A stretch of 63,577 bases of DNA, the filler included, from Squatina squatina (taxonomy: Eukaryota): the NCBI GenBank assembly GCA_031763465.1. It is 4 parts of 3 records of this genome, joined end to end, with 100 filler letters (N's around TTAATTAATTAA, not from the genome) between each part and the next. Parts side by side here need not be neighbours in the genome. Positions count along the whole stretch, not along the records: positions 30,419 to 50,777 come from JARFOE010000121.1; 3 more parts are not named here. One strand, given 5' to 3'. Below the pieces are notes generated by a model that worked only from the letters and a program-made list of their open reading frames with translations, made no database searches and had not been told where the DNA came from. Positions 37,819-50,877 of the stretch are shown piece after piece. The position numbers and the translations under genes were made by a program. How positions within the stretch are numbered: position 1 is the stretch's first letter; the number at the start of each line of letters is the position of its first letter.

Positions 37819-38076
37819 NNNNNNNNNNNNNNNNNNNNNNNNNNNNNNNNNNNNNNNNNNNNNNNNNNNNNNNNNNNNNNNNNNNNNNNNNNNNNNNNNN
37901 NNNNNNNNNNNNNNNNNNTTTAAACATTTGATTGTCTGTTATACTGAATGAGTGCAGTGAGGAATTCTTGACACATTTTCGTTCTCGTACATGTACTAAT
38001 TCTTTTTATAGCCTAGACCTTTATTTGCATCAAACCTACTAGGACTACATTATATCACATGACACTACTAACATTA

Positions 38077-38090
38077 GTAACCATGGCAAC
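38077..38090. promoter_or_regulatory. RFX X-box consensus site
   Basis: GTAACCATGGCAAC fits GTNRCCATGGYAAC. Function untested. Confidence 0.45.
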
Positions 38091-40019
38091 AGTACCTGTG
38101 CTACTTCTGAGTCCCCAAGTGCTACCCCAATGACTGCCACAATCATGAACTCATTCCAAGCTGAAAACCTGCATTATTCACACTATTCGTGTGCTAAGAA
38201 ATGCCATGCATTAGGCTCCAGGAATAAAGTCTGTCTAAATATTCTAATAATATATAACAGCTACTATAAAACTCCTCCAACTGATATTCCTCCTGATTTG
38301 AGAGTAAACTGGAATTATATCCCAACCAGTTAGCTCTCTGTCCATTCACAGTAATGTCACTGTGTTCTCCTGTCCTCTGTGACAAGTCCTATACTTGTCT
38401 TCTAAAGAAACCAAAGTGCCCATAGCATAGTCAGCATATGAACGGGCACCTATTTGTACAGTTTTTAGTGAATCTCTGACAGTGACTGAGAACGGATCAC
38501 AAGGTTTAGTAGCTAGCTTACTGAAATACTGTCAACTACCTTAAGTCGGACATCATGGTAATGTTTTGTATTTTTTAACAGGAAAGCAATCCTTTTTAAT
38601 ACATGTGGAGTACATAAGTTACCATGATTCCTGTGTAAATAATTCTTGAGCTTGGCTATCTCACTTGAAATGGGTTGGCNNNNNNNNNNNNNNNNNNNNN
38701 NNNNNNNNNNNNNNNNNNNNNNNNNNNNNNNNNNNNNNNNNNNNNNNNNNNNNNNNNNNNNNNNNNNNNNNNNNNNNNNCCATTCGCGATGTATTGCCAG
38801 CAAAGGGTCAACTGGCTGTGGTTGAGAGTAAGGAAGCCCAGTTTGCTCAGCTTACTTATTTATATTCAAAATGCAGTCACTGATCAAAAATGGACATAGT
38901 TCTATATTTTAAAGAAATATATTTTAAAATATACTTTGTTAAATTTTTAGTGATTTTACCACTAACAATGCCACATTGAAGCACACAACTATTTCAAAAT
39001 CTCCAAACCCATTTATTTCTCGTCTGAAAAGTCAGTCTATGGCATAGCTTTCTTATCTACAATACTACTAGTGTAACAGAAATATGTATGAAGTGGTTCC
39101 AGAAAGAGCGTGACAGTCCATTCATTACTTTCGTCTTGCTGTCTGTGGCTATCCCTGATTCCAGAACAGAGCCAAGTTTTAAAGCCAAGTTGAAGGGAGC
39201 AGTGATAGTCACATTATGATTAACAGCGCAAATAATCAATTTCATGGGACTCTTGGGCATTTCACTGCAGGCATGGTTACTGTTTTTTCCACCACAGCTA
39301 ATGTTAATTCCATCCAACCATGGTGTATAACACCTTCTGCAATCTTGTGCACATGAACTAAAGGCAACATGGCAACCACAATTTAATTTTATTGAAGTTA
39401 GCTGAATATAATATGTTATTTTATAATATAATAACTTATGTAGTCTTTATGTGCCCATATTCTTCTGGGAACTGTTTAAAATTTAATGTAAGTTTTTTTG
39501 ACTACAGAGCTGCTATGCTTTGAATAATTTTGAATTAAGTTTTAAATCAAGATCAAAATCATGAACTTTTGCATTATGTTCTTAATGAAAATTGCCATAG
39601 CTGTCTGGGGTAATTTATTCGATTTACACAAGTGTTCTGCCTTTGTGAATACAGACTTTGGCCTTTCGGCTTCTGGTTCATCTTTCAGATATCTTTTTTG
39701 CTGCCAACTGTATTAAGGGCATCTTTCAATTAATATTAGAAACTTGAATTGTAAAATGTTCATTAAAAATTAAACTTGTCCTCCTAAGTGGTCTACAGCC
39801 TAAAGTAATATTGATTTTTTAAAATTCATTTAATATCTACTCCTTAGGTAATGTCTGCTGCAGCCATGAACACTGAAAGTGTTAGGAAAGGATCCAAAAG
39901 TTAACTCATTCCCTCCACACTGGTAGGCAGTGTATCACCAGCGACAGCATTTGCAGCCCAACATACAAATGATTCTTCCAGGATAAGGAGCTCCTGTGGA
40001 AATGATCAGAAACCCTTAA

Positions 40020-40642
40020 ATTAAATGGGGATAGGGCAGGAAAGTGCAGTTGATGTAGAAGATCAGCCATGACCCAATTGAACGGTGGAGCAAGTTCAAG
40101 GGGCCATGTGGTCTACTCCTGCATAAAGCCAATGTAAAGCCAATTATTTGTATGAGGGGCGAGTTGGCTAAGGTAGTTTGGGAAACTAGATTAAAAGGTA
40201 TGATGGTAGATAAGCAGTGGAAAACATTTAAAGAAATATTCCAATGTTCTCAACAAATTTACATTCCATTAAGAAATAACAAGTCCATGGGAAAGGTAAT
40301 CCATCCGTGGCTAACTGAAGAAGTTAAGGATAGCATTAGGTTAAAAAAGAGACTTATAATGTTCCGAAGAATGGTAGTAAACCTAAAGATTGGAAGAGCT
40401 TTAGAAACCAGAAAAGGATGACCAAAAGATTGATAAAAAGGTCAAAATGGAATATGAGAGTAAATTAGCAAGAAATATAAGAACAAATTGTAAGAGCTTC
40501 TAAAAGTATGTAAAAAGGAAGAGAGTAGCAAAAGCAAGCGTTGGTCTCTTAGAGGCTGAGACAGGAGAACTTATATTGGGGAACGAGGAAATGGCAGTGA
40601 CCTTAAATATTTTGTATCTGTCTTCACATTAGAAGACACAAA
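40020..40642 (+). mobile_element. CR1 3' tail plus CR1 ORF2 inter-domain fragment
   Basis: Encodes MRGELAKVVWETRL...HPWLTEEVKDSIRLKK and YFVSVFT. Confidence 0.85.
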
Positions 40643-41346
40643 GGGGGTGGAATTCAGGTCGTGTGCGCCATCCGGTAGCCCCCCCGGTGGTGCTAACGGG
40701 GCGCAATCGACCTTTTGCCCGGGCGCAGCACCACTAATGACTCCCGCTAATTTCCGCAGAGGTTTAGTAGTGGCGGAAACCGGTAGTGCCCACTTTGCTG
40801 TGACAATTCAGGAATGCCCCTGAAGCTGCGATGAGCGATGCCAGCGACAGCTTCAGGGGGCATGTACCGGGCTGTAGGCTGCTACTTAAAGGGAAGGTGG
40901 CGCTGGCACAAAAATATCGGCTGACTTACTGGTCACTGCCTGTTGAATCGTGGAACGTAGGGTCCGTGCCGCGATCTTGCAGCCCGGTACTCCACTTGAG
41001 TGCCGGGCTGATGTCATGGCAACCATAATGAAGGGNNNNNNNNNNNNNNNNNNNNNNNNNNNNNNNNNNNNNNNNNNNNNNNNNNNNNNNNNNNNNNNNN
41101 NNNNNNNNNNNNNNNNNNNNNNNNNNNNNNNNNNNCCACACTGGTGGCATAACCCAACAGTGACGCTGGTTTGACTGGGTCACCGCCGCGGCAATGCTGG
41201 TTCAGCCTTTGCCACATTACGCTGGCCCGAAATGTCGACAAAGAGTCCAAGTCCGCATCATTGTATGCCACTGGCGACGTGGCGCAGATCCAGCTACGGG
41301 GCCCCGAATTCAGCGGTCCATTTCTGGGCAGCCGAATTGGGGCCCC
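40643..41346. mobile_element. Harbinger-like MITE sequence inserted in CR1 (spans a gap; may be two elements)
   Basis: Starts GGGGGTGGAATTC where CR1 homology stops and ends GAATTGGGGCCCC. Confidence 0.55.
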
Positions 41347-42204
41347 TTTTAGACTTTAGACTCAGGACTGAAACAGGCATTGTACCATTAGTTATGGAAT
41401 CTGTCAAATATAATGCACAGACATAAGCTGTTGAATGAAGCAAATACCTCAAGCTTATCAATTTTGTGAATTTGGTGTTATCGTCGACCCTATTAATCAT
41501 TAAATTTTAAATCCACTATAAACATTATTCTAGTTAAAATGGTCTTGCTTTAGGTTTAAGCTTCTACTTTTAGAAAACTACATGCAGGAAAAAACTGTGC
41601 CTCTTGCTCTTGCAGAATCCTACATGTTACAAGCAGAGTGTAGCGGCTTATTCCATAAGTCAAAGAAAAGTTAAAAAGATCCTTGACCCCTGCTCAAATA
41701 TTCTGGATTCATTCCAAATAATTCACCAAGTTTCCACTTCACCGCATTATTTTAGAAGGTTGATAAATTTCCTCTCTGCTTTTTTGCTCTTCTGAACAGG
41801 TCTCCCATTTATTGTCAGCCTGTATTCACAGCTTCGAATGTATGGCCTGAAACAATCTATATCACTTGCCCCTCCCTGTTTTCTAAACTCCCACTTTAAC
41901 AATGTGACATTTCAATTCCCCATGCTTTCTCTTTCTATCCTTCTGTCAATGACATTGTCAAGTAAGTGCTGAATTAGGAGCAGTTTCCTGCTGTAGACAT
42001 GTACACNNNNNNNNNNNNNNNNNNNNNNNNNNNNNNNNNNNNNNNNNNNNNNNNNNNNNNNNNNNNNNNNNNNNNNNNNNNNNNNNNNNNNNNNNNNNNN
42101 NNNNNNGATTTGTTTAAATTTGAGAGGCTTATTATGTTATGATTTCTATTTGCAGCTGCTGAAAGAACTTGGAAAAATCATGTGAAAGATGAGCTAAAAG
42201 ATCT

Positions 42205-42705
42205 ACTTGCCTTATAGAGGGAGTGCAACAAAGGTTCACTGGACTGATTCCTGAGATGAGGGGATTATCCTATGAGGAGAGATTGAGTAGAGTAGGGGTA
42301 TTCCTTACAGTTTAGAAGAATGGGAGGGGCTCTCATTGAAATGTATAAAATTCTTAAAGGGCTTGACAGGGTAGATGCTGGGAGAATGTTTCTCCTGGCT
42401 GGGGAGTTCTAGAACTAGAGGTCACAGTCTCAGAATAAGGGGTCGGCCATTTAGGACTGAGATGAGGAGAAATTTCTTCACTCAAAAGGTTGTGAATCTT
42501 TGGAATTCTCTGCCCCATAGAGCTATGGATGCTCAGTCATTAAGTATATTCAAGACAGAGATCGATAGATTTTTGGATACTCGGGAGCTCAAGGGATAAA
42601 GGGATAGTGCAGGAGGGTGGAGTTGAGGTAGAAGATCAGCCATGATCTTATTAACTGGTGGAGCAGGCCTGAAGGGTCGAATGGCCTACTCCTGCTCCTA
42701 TTTCA
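42205..42705 (+). mobile_element. CR1 LINE 3' end
   Basis: Encodes SRTRGHSLRIRGRPFRTEMRRNFFTQKVVNLWNSLP, followed by the 3'UTR. Confidence 0.92.
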
Positions 42706-43751
42706 TATGACCTTAAGACAGTGATAAGAGTGTCTTTTTTTAAATTGGCTCAAATTTCTCAGGACCCAATCAGGACTGTTTAATGGGAATTTGAACCAAT
42801 GAGGATTTTTTGTGTGATTACCACTTTGCATGTATGATGGAAATGCACTCATTTTTTCTACAGATCATTTTCCTGTGATTTTTTTTCTCTACATCAGTGA
42901 TTCTAAGTCTATTTACGGGCTTATTAAATAGCAATTTTATTCACTCTTATTTAATCAGGAAATGCAAATCCTCAGCATATAAATATAATTAAAGAAATGT
43001 TTCAGACAAACATATAAAATAATTTTAGTGGCCAAGACAGTTTGGAAAATGTTAAATTGTGGGATAGCTGGGATCCCACTGTGCAAAGTAGACGAAAGTG
43101 CCAAATGAAGCAGGATATTAAACTGATTAAAGCTTTTATATCTCCACTTAAGTGTAAGTACTGCACTCACCTTTGGGAACCAATTACCCTGGTAACATGC
43201 AGCATTTGCCAGCAGTTGCAAAATGTTGAGTGCATTTTTGGNNNNNNNNNNGGCATTGATTTTTATCAGTTCCATTCTCTGAAGCTCCCCAAAGGCTTCA
43301 TTATACTGAAAGGAGAAGATGTATTATACCTTTCAGATCTGTCAGAAGAAATATGCTGCTCATTTCTACATTATATGTGGATTTTTCTAAATTGACAAAT
43401 TTGCCTGAGGAAGTAATTTGTGTTATTTCAACCAGACTACTATTTGAAAAGAGCTTAAAAAGATGAAGCACTGAAAGGTAAAAATTGAACACAAAGGGTC
43501 GAATAAATTTACAAATGAATGAATTGCTTCATGTCAGGATTCCAAAGGCAATCTGGTTAGAGAATCATATCTATTTATTTCTGTTACCATTTGCTTCCAT
43601 TTCTTGGTGTCCATGCCATGACTGAGAGGTTGTCCAACCAACCTGCTTTCANNNNNNNNNNNNNNNNNNNNNNNNNNNNNNNNNNNNNNNNNNNNNNNNN
43701 NNNNNNNNNNNNNNNNNNNNNNNNNNNNNNNNNNNNNNNNNNNNNNNNNNN

Positions 43752-44031
43752 CCAATGAGCCAAAGAAGCTGCAGAAATGTGAGTAGCCAGGCTTTTATGT
43801 GAATCAAGGCGGTGGGAATGCAATTGTTTAACGAGATGGGCCATCTGAAAGTGTCAAATTCAGGAGAGCATCCACCATGCAGCTGTAAGCACCCGCGACA
43901 GTGCCACGCCTGGTGAAAAGAAAAACGCAGAGGAATTTCAGAGCTCCCAGGCGCTATTAATGCCGGGTGCTGTTTGGACGCTAATCACTGCTGAAGCGTT
44001 TCTAGCATGGCTACAGTCAATTTCAGGCCCA
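43752..44031. mobile_element. MITE, right part
   Basis: Ends CAATTTCAGGCCC, the reverse complement of the GGGCCTGAAATTG start at 50359. Confidence 0.5.
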
Positions 44032-44715
44032 TAATGTGGCAGCAAAAAGAATCGCAATGCAAATTTAAATGTTTTATTTCCTGACCTACCAGAACCTAGC
44101 TGGCCTTTAACGACCATTCGCTCTCCCATTATGTGATATTTAGAATCAGATTTGAATTGATCTCAAAGCTCTTGCACATTCTGTTCAAAAACACCACCAC
44201 CAGACAGCCAGGTCAAGAATTTAAAGCACAGTACGGAGCAGACAAAAAGCGAGTGAGTTCAGAAACTCACCACTTTCTAGTGCCTACAAACATATTTCCC
44301 ACTGGTGAAAGCAACTTCGCCATCAGAAATGTGCAGGCTATATATAGGCTTGTATTTTTCGAGTTGAAAGAAGTCTCCTTCAGTGGTTGAAATAATGCAT
44401 CACAGAAGCAAGTCTTCCTTGACATTTAGATGTGATAACAGGGGGTAAATGACAATTTACACACACACAACAAAAACATTTTTCTCAAGTAATTAGAAGT
44501 GACAGCCAGGGATTCCAAGGCTCTATGTAGCTCGCTAAGCACTCTAGGAGATATTGAATAGTTCTCCTTCGCTAACTCAGCACGTTCCCCAGGCTGACAC
44601 AAGTACAGTGACAAAGCATGCCTGCAGAAAATCAATACGAGTGTGGAAATCTTAAATTTATCAATGGCAGTCCAAATCAATAGATGTATGTTCCCCCACA
44701 GAAATGATTCATTCA

Positions 44716-45270
44716 TTTCATAGAATCATAGAATAGTACAGCACAGAAGGGGGCCATTCGGCACATCAAGTCTGCATCAGCTCTTTCAAAGAACAATCCA
44801 GTCAGTCCCACTCCCCTGACTTTTTCCCCCATATCCCTGCAATGTTTTCTCCTTCAAGTCTTTATCCAATTCCCTTTTAAAGGTTTCTATTGAATCTGTA
44901 TCCACCACCCTATCAGGCAGTGCATTCCAAATCCTCACCACTCATTGTGTAAAAAGGTTTTTCCTCATGTCGGTTCTGGTTCTTTTGCTAATCACCTTAA
45001 ATCTGTGCCCTCTGGTTATCGACCCTCCAGCCGTTGAAAACAAATTCTCTTTTATTTATTGGTCGAAACCTTTCATAATTTTAACCACCTCTATCAAATC
45101 TCCTCTTAGCCTTTTCTGCTCTAAGGATAATGACCCCAGCTTCTCCAGGTTATCCACGTAACTGTAATCCCTCATCCCTGGAACTATTCTAGTAAATCTC
45201 TTCTGTACACTGTCCAAAGCCTTCACTTCCTTCCTAGAGTGTGGCGCCCAGAATTGGACACAATACTGCA
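44716..45270 (-). mobile_element. CR1 LINE 3' end
   Basis: Encodes YCVQFWAPH..VQKRFTRIVPG..RLRGDLIEV, with the reversed tail 'tcatagaatcatagaat'. Confidence 0.92.
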
Positions 45271-47689
45271 GCATTATAGACTTTTGTTCTCTGATTTTGC
45301 CCTTCAGAGATCTCTGGACAGTTTGCTTGAAAGCAGGTGTTAGATGTCAACCCCAGGGGCTGTCTTAAAGTGGGTGAGGGGACCCTGTTGGCTTTGCCTG
45401 ATCTAGAAACTCTACACTTCAGTTCCAGCAAATTGTTTTTTCTGGGCAAGTTCATGTGGCACAGAACTTTACATTAGGTGTGGTGTGAAGCTCTGCTGTA
45501 CTTCTTTGAATTTTGTTCAAATTCAAGTTTAAAATTGTATTGGCACAGATGTGACCAGTGAGGCAATGAAGCCATGCNNNNNNNNNNNNNNNNNNNNNNN
45601 NNNNNNNNNNNNNNNNNNNNNNNNNNNNNNNNNNNNNNNNNNNNNNNNNNNNNNNNNNNNNNNNNNNNNNNNNNNNNGGTACTCGTTTACCCCATATTTT
45701 TGCACATTGTTTGTTTTCTTGGGGTGGGGGGTGAAATTTAGGTTCTTATTGCATCCAGTACGACACTGCTTATTTGCTATAATTTTTTCTTTGTTGGCAA
45801 AAATATGCTGACTGGTGACATAATGCCACTACTGCACCTTCAAAGCTGTCAATTATCTGCACCAGCATGGAAAGTGTCACAATGGTCACCAAGTAATTAA
45901 TTTTTATGGATGCTCAAAGTGGTGAAGTGTACTTGGTCCCACCTTCTCCAATGAGGTTGAGCATAAAAAGTTTCTATCACAGCTAATCTAATTTTTAAAA
46001 ATTACAATTTTTGCTTACATTACAAAAAGGGATTTGGCCCACTATAGGGGGCACAAATGTAATTTAGTGACAGTGCGAAGAATACAAAATCCAACAAATA
46101 TTTACTCATTATGAGAACACAATTTTCATTTTTTTCTTATTCTTATCAATTATATTTCAAAGCAATTTGCAATTTTTTGGTACTAAACATGTTGAGTTTT
46201 CTGTTTGCTTGTATTCAGTTGTACATAGATATTAAGAAATGTAGGTATTCCATTTTTAAAAAGATTTTCCCAGTAAATGGTTTACAGTTATAGAACAAGT
46301 TTTTTTTCCCCATTTTTAATCTCCATATTCCCTTTCTTGCCCCTCAGTGGGTGGCCCACTGATCTTTATTCTATTTGTAATTATTCTTCAGGAGATATAT
46401 TTGTCAGGAAAAATTCAACACCTTGCTACAAGGTGTTCCACTTTTAGGCCTACCTACGAACCGAGGACGCACACTTCAATGGCATCTGGGGATTTTAAAA
46501 GTCCGCTTAAAAATGAACTGCAAACTTTTCACCTCAGCAACTCTCAAATCTTGATTAAAAAAAGGTGTCCATCCAAGACTTACTGCTATGGTGTCTGTTG
46601 AAATTTTCTAGCATCACTCTGACTCTTGCACAGGATANNNNNNNNNNNNNNNNNNNNNNNNNNNNNNNNNNNNNNNNNNNNNNNNNNNNNNNNNNNNNNN
46701 NNNNNNNNNNNNNNNNNNNNNNNNNNNNNNNNNNNNNNNNNNNNNNNNNNNNNNNNNNNNNNNNNNNNNNNNNNNNNNNNNNNNNNNNNNNNNNNNNNNN
46801 NNNNNNNNNNNNNNNNNNNNNNNNNNNNNNNNNNNNNNNNNNNNNNNNNNNNNNNNNNNNNNNNNNNNNNNNNNNNNNNNNNNNNNNNNNNNNNNNNNNN
46901 NNNNNNNNNNNNNNNNNNNNNNNNNNNNNNNNNNNNNNNNNNNNNNNNNNNNNNNNNNNNNNNNNNNNNNNNNNNNNNNNNNNNNNNNNNNNNNNNNNNN
47001 NNNNNNNNNNNNNNNNNNNNNNNNNNNNNNNNNNNNNNNNNNNNNNNNNNNNNNNNNNNNNNNNNNNNNNNNNNNNNNNNNNNNNNNNNNNNNNNNNNNN
47101 NNNNNNNNNNNNNNNNNNNNNNNNNNNNNNNNNNNNNNNNNNNNNNNNNNNNNNNNNNNNNNNNNNNNNNNNNNNNNNNNNNNNNNNNNNNNNNNNNNNN
47201 NNNNNNNNNNNNNNNNNNNNNNNNNNNNNNNNNNNNNNNNNNNNNNNNNNNNNNNNNNNNNNNNNNNNNNNNNNNNNNNNNNNNNNNNNNNNNNNNNNNN
47301 NNNNNNNNNNNNNNNNNNNNNNNNNNNNNNNNNNNNNNNNNNNNNNNNNNNNNNNNNNNNNNNNNNNNNNNNNNNNNNNNNNNNNNNNNNNNNNNNNNNN
47401 NNNNNNNNNNNNNNNNNNNNNNNNNNNNNNNNNNNNNNNNNNNNNNNNNNNNNNNNNNNNNNNNNNNNNNNNNNNNNNNNNNNNNNNNNNNNNNNNNNNN
47501 NNNNNNNNNNNNNNNNNNNNNNNNNNNNNNNNNNNNNNNNNNNAGCAGAAACTCTTTGATGCTTTGAGTGGCGAGCTGACAACATCCATAAGTCTTTGTA
47601 GTGCAACCTGATTAAAAAAACAGCTGACTCAGCCACTGGAAAAGTTTCCAGTCAGCAATGATAACTGGGAATGTTGGAATGACTCTCTG

Positions 47690-47878
47690 TTAAAGCTGTG
47701 TCTGCAAAGGGTAACCTGGGGGAGTGTACGGGGGTGGAGCAGGAGAAGGCTTAATTCCTCTTGATTTCATATACGAGAGAAACTGTTCTGGAATCTCAGC
47801 TAAGACATCCTTTGCAAGTCGAGCCATGCTCAGCACATGGTTTCCAGTTCGGTCAACATAGTCCCGGAAAGGCACAAA
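47690..47878 (-). CDS. CPNE8: Copine-8, last coding exon
   Basis: cag| followed by [62 protein letters not shown]. The [11 protein letters not shown] tail is CPNE8-type, and ALG10 linkage fits. Confidence 0.93.
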   Translation of the reverse strand, partial: FVPFRDYVDRTGNHVLSMARLAKDVLAEIPEQFLSYMKSRGIKPSPAPPPYTPPGYPLQTQL

Positions 47879-48176
47879 CTGAAAAACACATTTTTAGTTC
47901 TGAACAATTGTGCTACAATGGCACTAAAGAACAAATATATAAACTTACTGTGAAAATAATAAAAGCTGAGTAAGTTCATTAATGTTTGGCTTACAAGTAT
48001 TTTTTCTTATGACTGATTTCTGCTAAGTTAATAATCCATACTACCAGAACACATTCTAGCCAGAAAAATAGAAGGATTATTTTCTTATCTCAGCAGGTGA
48101 TTATATCGCGTGCCTCCAAAAAAACAAATTTACTTACAAATCCAATTGTGTGTGAATATTTTGATCAAGAAATATT

Positions 48177-48891
48177 GGCCTGGTTTTTGCAGTGGTAATG
48201 AGGTGAAACTCTCAGCGTTTGCCGGCATTACCACTCAGAAACTGACCGCAACTTCAGAATTTAGCGNNNNNNNNNNGACAGTCATTCCTTGCTTCAATAC
48301 AGGTTGCGTTGTGAAACTCCCCAGAGCTGGCAATCAGTTGAAATCACATAACGACAAAAATGTCACCTTTTACGATGGAATATCACTTAACCCTCTAAAA
48401 CCTGTTGAAAGCCTTGCTGAAGGAGTTGTAACTGGGTTTTTAATGGTGTACTGACTGCTGAACAACCACTGTGACCCTGAAAAACTAATTTCATATTTGT
48501 GCAATGTAAAATTTCCATTAATATGATTTAAGAATTCTGAGTTTTAACATTTAAAAAAAAGTTTGACATTTCAGTTTCTACCATAATCATATCTGTATGT
48601 CCCAATCTTTATTTCGCTCCCTATTAAATTTATAAAAAGTAAATTAGAATCTGTGCATTTAACTTCCTGGTTTGCTGACTGTGAGAATTTTTCAATTTGA
48701 TTGGCTGCTGAGCCAGATTGATGACATCACTGTTGCTGGATGCTTAGATTTCACTTGATTTGGTGCCACATTCAAACAAATGTCGGGACAGCTGAAATTC
48801 ACACCACAGAGATCGCTAGATCTTGGTGGGCAGCTGTCTTCAAGGTCAGCGGTGAGTGCCATCACTTGCCGCTGACTGCAAATTCTGGGCC
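48177..48891. mobile_element. Harbinger-like MITE with ATT target-site duplication
   Basis: Termini GGCCTGGTTTTTGCAGT / ACTGCAAATTCTGGGCC, with 'att' on both flanks (48174-48176, 48892-48894). Confidence 0.72.
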
Positions 48892-49099
48892 ATTATATTC
48901 AGCAGTCAAGTCGTTCCACATAATTTACTTTGAGCAACTGTGTGAGTAAATAGCCAATGTAAATAAAATTCATATTTCACAGATGCAACATCACAATGAC
49001 AAAGGGTCATCACAAAGCACCTGCAACTGACTTTCTTGGGCTACAAGATTTTAAAAACATGTATTAGAATTAGTGAGCCTAGAAATTGAATCATGTAAA

Positions 49100-49902
49100 A
49101 AAAAACGGGTGCTGAAAGGCCCAATGTGACATACAGCATATGCAGAGGGGGCGTCATGGGCCGGCATAGTGCGGTCAGCGCGCGACTTGATGACGTTGCC
49201 ACCTTACCCCGGCGCCAACGGCATCCCCGGCGATGAGGCCTTAGCACTGCCGGGTCACCAGGCCCAATTGGGGAAATCAACAACATTTTGCTGGACGCTG
49301 CTTTCGCGCNNNNNNNNNNNNNNNNNNNNNNNNNNNNNNNNNNNNNNNNNNNNNNNNNNNNNNNNNNNNNNNNNNNNNNNNNNNNNNNNNNNNNNNNNNN
49401 NNNNNNNNNTGGCTTCTCTGGAGTCGACTTTAACTTTTTGGCACCTGGCTGGAGGAGCGCACCAGCTGGTCGCCCGTACCCGTGGCGAAGAGGCAGCTGC
49501 GATTTTGACCCCACCCTCATTTTGCATCGAGCCAGCAAGCTGCAAGGTCACAGATGGGCTCCCCGGATTAAAACTGCCCAATATCAGGCATGCCTGGCCA
49601 GAAGGTAAGTGCAGGAGGAGGGGTCACGATCGTGGCGGTGGAGGGGTCCCCGGAGCCCCACACAAAAATAAATATACCTTTACTGGGCCTCTTCTCCTCT
49701 ATTGCTTGGGGAACTGACCCTAGGATCTTGATTTGCATATTAAAAGTGGCCTACTGCCTGACACAGGCAGGTGGTTCAGACTCCCAGCATCTGGCCCCTA
49801 TCAAAATGACGCCATGGGGGTTAATGGAGCAAGAAGGCTACTGACCCTATTTTGAGGCCGTTACTACCCTGTTAATACCCGACACAAGTTAAAATCACCC
49901 CC
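49100..49902. mobile_element. GC-rich MITE-like sequence (gap inside)
   Basis: GC-rich blocks either side of a gap; ends 'gttaaaatcaccccc'. Confidence 0.45.
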
Positions 49903-50358
49903 ACTCTGTCAGAGGTGACAAGTCAGCGTCTAACCCACTGCACTACCCAGTACCCCAGTTGCAATTTTACAAAGCCTCTGTTACTGGCTACAAATTAATT
50001 ACCAAATTGGCCTACGTTATTGGGAAAATGTCACGCAACATTTAAAATGCTAAAAATAATGTTGTAAAAATATATTTCTGGTAGTAAAGAATTTGAGTTC
50101 AACACCATTGAGAATAGCATTGAAACTATAAGCCAGGCTCATGAATTATTTAAGTTTCCCAGTCTTGCCAGAAGCACATAACATCTGCTGGTATTAAAAA
50201 AATGATCTGGAATTGGCGGCTGCCTGCAGCAAAACGACGACAAGAAAAAAACACATCTAGCAAATGTCAAGACTGACAAGCACTACCCACTGCTAAACCT
50301 TCCAGGCTTCAAAACCAGCATCCAAGCACAAGAGACAGCAGTTATGAAATAAATAGAT

Positions 50359-50777
50359 GGGCCTGAAATTGCGATGTCCCCGGGTGGGAACGATGTCCCC
50401 ACACACCCGGGGAGACATCGCAAAACCTCTGGACAGATTCAATGCTGAGGCTGCGAAGCCCATTCCCAGCGCTGAGCTTTGCAATATTTTTGCAAAGCTT
50501 TTTGCTGGGGATCTCTTGAAATTTTTTACGCTTGGTAAAACCTAGCGTATCTGCTTGGTTTTACCTGCGTAAGAAACATTAAGAAATTTTAAATCAATGG
50601 GACATTACTTTAAAACCATTCCCAGTAAGGTAAGTATGTTTTTAAACATTTTATTAAAAAAATACTTTTTGCCTTATTTATCTCATTTTTATTAAATTTT
50701 AATGTTAGAATAGTTTTTTAAACATTTTATGATGTGTTTGTGTTGTTTTTCATCTTTTATTGAAATTTTGACAGATG
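50359..50777. mobile_element. Harbinger-like MITE, left part
   Basis: Starts GGGCCTGAAATTG, has a subterminal inverted repeat (50369-50386 / 50404-50423) and an AT-rich core. Confidence 0.6.
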
Positions 50778-50877
50778 NNNNNNNNNNNNNNNNNNNNNNN
50801 NNNNNNNNNNNNNNNNNNNNNTTAATTAATTAANNNNNNNNNNNNNNNNNNNNNNNNNNNNNNNNNNNNNNNNNNNN
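50778..50877. other. Artificial scaffold linker
   Basis: N44-TTAATTAATTAA-N44. Confidence 0.97.

Noticed and set aside
43534-43651. KKWKQMVTEIN, a weak Myb/SANT-like peptide
   Set aside because: Too short and diverged to support a call.
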